Shown here: positions 55,701 to 64,000 of the stretch, piece by piece | How positions within the stretch are numbered: the first letter of the stretch is position 1 | Layout of the letters: each line of letters starts with the position of its first letter | Assembly: GCA_012295275.1 (NCBI GenBank) | Contig: CM022672.1 | Coordinates: forward strand, 33,232,001 to 33,296,000 | Length of the DNA: 64,000 bases | Source of the DNA: Chrysomallon squamiferum | Lineage: Eukaryota; Animalia; Mollusca | Direction: 5' to 3' | The notes under the pieces: generated by a model | Database searches by the model: none | Told to the model about the DNA's origin: nothing | What the model saw: only the letters and a program-made list of their open reading frames with translations | Position numbers and translations under genes: made by a program

Positions 55701-58700
55701 CAAGTTTATTCATATATATATAACAATCAGGGTACAATGAGGGTTAATGATACTTAATGATACTTTTAGCTGGTATGTAAATAACCTATTAAAAAAAAAG
55801 AAAATACTTTTGCAATTTGTTTCACTAATTCAGGTTTCGCTATGTTGAAGAAGAACTTGCAAGAAGGAAGGGTCTTTTGAAGAAGGAAGAAGAAAATTAC
55901 ATTAGGTGAAGATTAGTCCTAATCCTTTCAGATTTACATTTTGGGGTTTAAAAATGCCTCTGTAGTGTAATCTTGTCGGTTAATGTGTTGTTGCCATTTT
56001 TATGATGTTGCATTTGCAGAGATGATTGGTTGAAATATTCCATACTCAAGTTGCTGTGGTAAATGATGGTTGCATGTGGATTTATGTACTTACATATTGT
56101 AGTCAGGGGGTTAATTAATTAGTAGTTGTATTTTGTATATTATTTATTGTGGTAATACAGGGAAAGGTAAGGAATTTAAAATAGCAAAGATCCTGAAACA
56201 AAAATAATATTTATTTTATTTTATATATTTTTTGTTAATTACTGATTAATTACCATGAGATTACACAAATAATTTTAAATCCACTATTTCTGTAATTGTT
56301 TTATAATTAATGAAACAATTAGTCTAATTAGTTTCAATTTTATGAAATGAGTAAAAAAAAAAAAAATCTATTTCTTTTTGTTATTATTTTTAAATATTTA
56401 TTACAACTGAAAAAGTGAAAATAAAAAAAATAAAATAAAATAAATTAAATTCATAATTATTATTTTTAATTTTTTAATAATTTAGCTATGAAAATGCAGA
56501 AGACACTTTGTACAAGTTACCGGAACATTTGCAGGTGAATTCTACAACAAAGCGGTCAGAGGACATGTTGTCCAACCAGATGCTGTCTGGGATTCCTGAA
56601 GTTGACTTGGGCATCGAGTAAGTCATGTATTTCTTTATTTCTTAATTTATTTATTTATTTATTATTATTATTTTTATTATTTTAAGCTTTTGATCAATAA
56701 ATGGAAAAGATTGAATCTTTTTTCATAAATATTTCCTTATAACAACAATAAAAACATTAATATTAATATTTCACATCTATGAATAGAAAAATGTGGCTGC
56801 ATTAAAATTTATCTTTTCATTCATCTCTCTTTTCCTAGTAGTTACATTAATCTTTATAAAATCTTTATTATTAAAAATACCAGGCATTTACATAAAACAT
56901 TAAGTTAATAATATAATGTCAAAATTGCTTTAAAAATATTTTTTTAAACATAGCATTTGTCTCTCTTAATCACTTCTAAGATCTGTATAACCTGTTAATT
57001 TGAAAAATATCCAGTTTAATAAAACATTAAGTTTATAAGATTTTAAAACACCTGAATGCCTACTGATATAGATGTATTTATTTCTTAAAATGTATTTTTC
57101 TCTCACTCTCTCTCCTATTCATTGCTAAGATTAATCACTATAATTTGTTAATATTAAAAATATCCAATATTTACATAAAGCAGTAAGTCTATGCGTAACA
57201 ATGATTTTAAGATTATAGGTGTCTCAAAGTATACCTTTTCATTCATTCCATCTGTCTCATGTGCATTGAAATTAATCTGCTATTATTAATAATATCCAGT
57301 ATTTACATAAAACATATTAAACTGATGTTATCATTTCTATAATTATAGATTTTAAGTGAAAGTTTCTTAAAATATATGTATTCTTTAATCTATCCCTTCT
57401 TAATGGCAATACCAGCAGTTTTAATAATAATAATAATTAAAAAATATCCTTCATAATGGATTGATTGTTACATTGAGAAATTTGTTTCAGAGCCAAAATA
57501 AAAAATATTGAAGCAACAGAAGAGGCAAAAGATAAATTAATACGGGACAAGCTGAAAAAGAAAGAAAATGAAGTCTCTGATTTTGTACCAACAAACATGG
57601 CCGTCAACTTCGTACAACACAACAGATGTAAGATGAAACTATTTGTTAATTATTGATAAAATTTACTCATATTTTTCTTCCTTGCTTAATAATCATTAAC
57701 AAATATTGTAAAAAATACATTTGCATACAATTTCATTTTATTAAAATAAGTTGTGTTACTGTTTATGCAAAATTACCTTCAAAATCTATTTCATCTTTTC
57801 CAGTCAATATTTAAACATTTTATGACATTTAAAAAAAAAAAAAAAAAAATTCTATATTACTGCTTGGAAATCAGTCTATCTTCAATTTATTTTTATATTT
57901 CTCTTCCAAAATACATGATTGTATATCACTAAAGTGTCAAAAGCTTAATAATTATATAAACAGTTTAAAGCTGATTTACAATATATTAGCATATGATACA
58001 GAATATTTTAATGTTAAGATTATCATAAATGCCATAAATATAAAATAGCTCAAAAATAACTACAGCATTTTTGTTCATTTATTTTTTAAAATATTTTATT
58101 AATTATTGAACTCTACAATTACTTCAGTTATTCAGTTTATCTTTGTTTTAATTAATGATCATTGATATGTTTATACTAAATGTAAAATATCTTATAAATA
58201 CATCATTTTTCTTCAATTATGTAAAAAAAATTATTGAATTCTACAATTATTTCTTTTACTGTTTGACGTTTGTTTTAATTAATATCCAGGTGCTAACGAG
58301 AAAACCTGTTTTTACTTTTAGTTAATATTGATGATAGCGGGGTTCCAGTGAAGAAAAAGGTGAACATCCCTGCCCCCACACCTCTGAGGGTGGGAGACTG
58401 GGACACAGACAACAATCGTGGTATTTTTATTTCTTTATTTCAGTTTTATAATTTAAATTTTGTATTGCAAAACTTTCTCATCCTAGCTTATAAATAAAAT
58501 GAAGCAGGGTAGACTGGATCAGACAGTTTTAGGTAAATAAGCAATTGCGCAGAATAATGGATAACATAAACATGTAAACATTTCATTGAGTTTATTAGTA
58601 TTGTTTCAACATGTACCTTAAACATTAACGTGTAAAATATATTATCTCTTCTCACTAAAGTTATTCCCCCCTTCCATTATACTGTTAATGGAAAACAACA

Positions 58701-59978
58701 TATAATTTAATTTATGCTGGGTTATAGCTACCACACAGAGTTATCTGCCTTTATTTCTCTTATCCATGTGTAATGAAAGACAGTTCAAAATAATTTGTAA
58801 CTTTTCACATTCCTCTGATGTTTTATTGTGCTGTGTTGCAAAATAGGGAGCACATTTGTGAAGATGAGTTTTTTTAAATTTTATATAATTTTGCAGAAAT
58901 ATAAAAAGAATAATTTTAAGAATTCATTGAAAATCTTAAATGTTATTTGTTAGATTTGCTTATATTTGTTAAATCTGCTTTATTTTTATATTTTAAATTA
59001 ACATTTATACATTTACTTACATTGAATGAAAGTCTTTCCAGCTTTGATACATTATATTAAATCAACAGGATTTTCAAACAGTCTTCCAAATTTGTAGATG
59101 CTATTTTCAGTTGTTAAGTGATAAATTTACACATTCTCTTTTAATTTTTCAATGACAGTACTGCCTTTTTATTAAAATATAGTATTGCCAGATAGCCATC
59201 TCAGACAAAACATATTGTAACTTGATAAAGACTTTCTTTCCATAAGATTCATTGTATTGTTTATTATAGATATAAGGCTGAAGCTGTTCCTATATATCTT
59301 TACAACTACAGAAAGAAATAGCATATTTGATATTAAACAAATCTTCTTTTCATATTGATATAAAGCTGCAGTTGTCTAGAAAGTACATCAGAAAACAACT
59401 TAGAAATAAATAATATATTTCGCATTAGACAAATGTTTATTTATTACTGATATGGAAAAGAAATTTTGTAAAACTATTTTAGATGTAGGACAACATTACC
59501 TGAAAAAAAAAAAAAAATAATATTTTAGAATTTTTGTATTTTGATATTTTGATATTTTGTTATTGATATAAACATTTTATATAAATGAAAACAACTAAAG
59601 AAATAAAATAAATATTTGGTAGTAAACAAATCTTGGTTTATTACTGATAACAGTATTCTGTACAAACTATCAGTGGTAGAAATAAAATAAATGATATATT
59701 TGGTAGTAAACAAACCTTGATTTCTTTTTCATTAATATAAAACTGCAGTTCTATACGGTCTGTAACAGATATACAGCAAAACATTTGCAGAAATAAAGAA
59801 TATAATATAATTGATAGAGAAATCTTATTGTTATTCTGCAGGATGTTAAACAAATTTTTATATTTTGTTTTATTTATTTTTAAATTTTGTTTCAGGAAAA
59901 GCATCCAAGTCAAGATGCAATGAAAAAGCAACAGATGATTTCCATTACGAAAAATTCAAGAAACAGATGAGGAGATGA
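52780..59978 (+). CDS. C9orf78: Splicing factor C9orf78 / TLS1 homolog (Hep_59 family)
   Basis: Exons 52780-52874, 53624(or 53627)-53747, 54342-54399, 55247-55327, 55834-55905, 56486-56617, 57491-57627, 58322-58420 and 59896-59978. Signature motifs: DPFKMKTGG, FAAETNRRDEDAEM, SEDMLSNQMLSGIPEVDLGIEAKIKNIEATEEAK, FVPTNMAVNFVQHNRF, EKATDDFHYEKFKK. The exon 3/4 junction is out of phase by 1 nt. Confidence 0.95.
54700..55150. repeat. ~40-bp minisatellite in C9orf78 intron 3
   Basis: Repeated ttattgaatttatttaaatatgttagtattatatttccttt. Confidence 0.85.
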
Positions 59979-60889
59979 GAAAATTAGTTTTTATAAACTC
60001 AATGGAGCGATATAAAAATAGGAACTCAGGGTTGTCCCTGAACAGTTCTGATTGGTTAAGAAGGCGAGTTGATAAATGTTTGTTTTCTGTTTGCTGATTC
60101 TGAAGATTATTTAACTTGAAAGACTAAAGCAGAAAACACAGATTTGTTCTGAGCTCCAGGATATTGTGACATCCCTCTAAACAAAACTGTGCAAAATAAA
60201 GTAAAAATAACACCTAAGAAAAACTCATTTCAAAAACTTAAAAAGTATTTCAGAATGAATGAAATTCAATAATTTTGTTATATTGTAAATCTGCAAATAT
60301 TGTGACTGAAAAAAAAAGAATTACAGTAAGTCCATTACATGATACAGTATTTAGGTAAACTTCTACATCATTGAATATTGTATACATACACAATTGACCA
60401 GATTAGCATGTGTGTGTGTGTGTGTGTGTGTTGAAGGGTTGGAGCCAGAAATATTGTAATTGCATTTTGCCAAATTGAAATTATTGGTTTGTTGTATTCA
60501 TTTCACACATAACATTCAAAAAAAGAAAAGAAAAAAAAACGAGTCATTGTTTGAAATATAGATAAATAGTGATAACCTCTTTATTCTTAATAACAACTTC
60601 ACTAGAATCTTCTGTGTTCTGTTGGACACTGTCTGCTTTTACCAAACACTTGGGTTTCCATCCTCAGTCTCAAACAACTGGTAAGTTTAGCTTCGTTTTT
60701 TGTAAATCTGCTGTCGGGTGAAGTTATTCCTCAAAGATTTCTCGTCACTGGTCCTAGCAAATACCAACATTTTCTTCATCCGCGAATTCTTCAAGCCTTT
60801 TATGATTAAACAGATTTATCTTTCTCACTCTTACCACAAACGCAAAGTCTCTTCATCTCTCTCTACCTCAACATACGGTTTCCAAGACA

Positions 60890-61040
60890 ACGACGTTCAC
60901 AACGTTCACTGTAAGTTTACAACATCCATGACGTTTGCTGTAAGTTCATTAAGTTCATTGTAAGTTCATGAAGTTTACTATAAGTTCATGATGTTCACTG
61001 AAGTTCACAAAGTCTGTTATAAGCTTCATGAATTTCACTG
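60890..61040. repeat. ~20-bp degenerate tandem repeat
   Basis: Repeated gttcactgtaagttcatga-like units. Confidence 0.7.
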
Positions 61041-64000
61041 CAGTATCAAGGAGTCCTTTGCAAGATTCTGGCCTGGCATATTTAAATTTTAAGATTCTTG
61101 TCGTACAATCATCTGTACCCCCAGTAGCAAATCACATGAGCAGAATCTTCATTGTCTTTTTGTTTTTTGTTTTTTCTTTTGGATATATATTTTAACACAT
61201 TATTAGTATAGGTTCAGTATTAGCATACGAGTGATCTTGAGTGTATAGTTGTAAAGAATGATACTGAGGATAACAGAAAGAACCTTCAGTAATAACTGTC
61301 TAGTGAAAAAAAAGTTGCTATAAAATCCCATGAGATTTTTTTGTTTTTTTTTTGTACTTTTTTTTTCATTTACTTTTACATATACTTCTTTTCTTTTTGT
61401 TTCTTATTCTGCAATTTGTTGGCAGACCTGGTCCATATCTCATTCTGCAACAAAAATATGTGAACACCTGTCACTGTTTTTCTAATCACAGTCGCTTCTT
61501 CAGGGTAGTATAGCCAGTATATCTGGATGGTGTTGTTCTTCTTGGTTGTTCTTAATAGCTGATGAGAAAAAGTGAATTTACTTTGATTATATTTTTTTTC
61601 CTTTAGGTTCATCAGCTGCAGTTCAGTCTCAAAAAAGTACATGAAATGCGTTCTTTTTTAGTTGGTTTTTTTTCCACATCTGAAAATGTCTGTTTGTCAA
61701 TGAAATTCACAGTTTGGCTAAGTGTTCAACAGAACTGATCATATTCTGAGATTAGTGTTTACTTTCCGTCCAGCAAGTTGATCCAGTGTAGCTATTAAAC
61801 ATTCATTTTCTGTTGGGAGGTTCTTATTTTCATTACCCTCCCATGTAATTATATTGTTGCCAATGTCAACATTGTTTGGAAGATTAACTTTTTCACGTTC
61901 AGTCGTCATTTCAGATGAACTTCTAATGGGAATGTTGTGGTAGAAGGAAGGGATTCTCTCAGATGGAATGTTGTCCAGATGTGTGTTTTCAGAGAAATTC
62001 TAGATCGTTGCTCTTGATTGTTGTGATCTCTTGCTTCACTGTCAAGCTTGTCTTGATAGTCTGTTTGCATTTCTTTTAATTCAGAGTATCTTGCTTTGTA
62101 TAATGTGCTTCTACTACAGGAGAAAACTTTACATTACACACAGATATAACAATTCAAAGTTTCTCTTTGTGCTTTGTTGCATGGACTAGGTTGTCTGTGA
62201 GTGTATGTGTAATATTCCTTGCCACCTCGTTTTAGTGTTTTCTTGATTTATTTATTATTTTTAATCATATTTTGGGAAGCTGAGCTTTTGTTATAATTTT
62301 AGTTTTTAGTCTTTGGTAATGAGTTTGTTGTGACAGTATTAACCGTTCATCTGGATAATAATAATAATAATAATAGCAGAAGGATATCAAACACATCTTT
62401 GTCAGCAGGAAAGTCATTAAAGTCCGGCAAGAAGTCATCTCTCATTTCTTCAGAATTATTTTACATCTTACTTTTTTTTATTTTTCTGTATCATTTCTTC
62501 ATCTCTTTATCAGGGCTACACAAATCATAATGCTCAAATCCAAGGAATGGTCTGTGAGCTAAAAACACAGCTACTTTTTTAGAGTCTATTTGTTCATTTT
62601 CATTTACAGTATCTCGTTTTGTCTTCTTTATGACACATACTCATCGCATGTGGTTACTTCATTTATTTCTTAATAAATCTTGACCAGTGCCCATTCAGTT
62701 GAAGGTTTGCACCCATCCTGCTGATAGTGGCTATCTAGATGACTTGGTGGTCAGATCTTAGTACTAAAAATACTCAATATTCTGTAACAAATTGCACACT
62801 TGAGTTATTTACTAGTTGTAAATGTCTTGTTCCATCGCTTTGAAGAATCAGTCTGTTCATCAAAATTACTCACCACTGATGCCTAAACTGACTTTTGTAA
62901 AGTATTTTCTTAACAGAAATTGAATACGATATTTTTTTCTAAACAGTTTTCACTTTTGCTAAAGCCATATGTTATCATTTATTTTTATTGCTTTAATTTC
63001 TTAATAATTTTTTTTTTTTTTCTCTTCACATTGTGTGCATATTTTTATTTTATTTTTCTTGCTTCAGATTAATTCTGAATCTGAATAATCCAAGTAGTTT
63101 CTTTATTTTGAATTGATGTATGTCATAGCTTTTTAGCTTTGATTTGAAATGTGTGATTCTACGTTATCTGATTATTTAAAAAAGTAACCAATGGGATTTT
63201 CATTTTAATTGATATCTGTAATAACCTTGCTGGTGGTTTCATTGTTGCTGTCTCTAGCAAATTTCATTCCACATATACTGAGTAAACTGTTTCTTGATCT
63301 GCATTCAGCAGTTTACAGAGATTTGTTGAATAAAAGTATCAAAATTTGATTTAAAGCAATATTTTCATTGTGGTCCATATATGATGTTAAAAAAACATTA
63401 AAAATATTTAAATATGTTATATCATGCAATAAAGATTCTAATAATATTATTTGTAGCTGATGTTTATTTATTTTAATGCTATTTATTATGAATACTGAAT
63501 AATGTCTTTGTGATTGCGTATGTGATATACTAATTAATACTTCTTCTGTTGTCGTCTCATTTGAAGTGGGTGAGAAGATGTTAGAGAAAAGTTTGCTCCA
63601 GTAATTCTTAGATTACTCTCCTTAATATTCTACGATTGTCAATGCTATTATGCACTCTATCCAAAGTCTAGAAACAATCTGTCGAAGCCATATTGAATAC
63701 AGTCCATACCTTCAGTATATTTATAGATCCAGCAAAAAGGTTAATTTAGCCTGATGGGGATCAGTGAAGAAATAAAAGTATGTCTATAGTGTCTTGGTGC
63801 TCAGTTTCTTGTCTGTAACTGGAAAGACTTTTTTGTGTGTGGCTTTTCTGGTTTGCTATGATTAGCACATTCATTTGTTTTCAGTTCAGTTCAGTTGTCA
63901 TTGTAGGGCTGCAGTTCCTGGCCATGATGCTCAACAGAATTCCACTTGCCACACTCTTAATTGTAGTTGAGAACAGAATGTGTTCTGGTTTTCTTCAGCT

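Overview
AT-rich, microsatellite-dense animal genomic DNA with GT-AG introns; an invertebrate, plausibly a mollusc, though the taxon cannot be proven from the sequence. Most six-frame ORFs are microsatellite noise, so genes were reconstructed by splicing exons by hand. (1) A minus-strand RING-H2 E3-ligase-like gene (6247-10113, ~878 aa) with a huge disordered N-terminal exon and a polybasic tail ending in a CaaX box (CVII). (2) A disrupted SOHLH-like bHLH pseudogene (~17050-21020, +). (3) A minus-strand tandem array of four units of a hedgehog-related gene. Two are intact (35894-40713 and 43517-47664) and encode a signal peptide, a hypervariable 8-Cys mini-domain of 44-55 aa and a Hint/Hog autoprocessing domain; two are relics that keep little more than the signal-peptide exon (23882-23936, 30012-30061). 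(4) Three copies of one Tigger/pogo non-autonomous transposon: one empty (~0.7 kb) and two, in inverted orientation, carrying a gene-dense virus-like cargo that includes a parvovirus Rep/NS1-like HUH nuclease. (5) C9orf78/TLS1 (52780-59978, +, 9 exons). The best novelty candidates are the Cys-peptide-Hint family and the virus-loaded Tigger.
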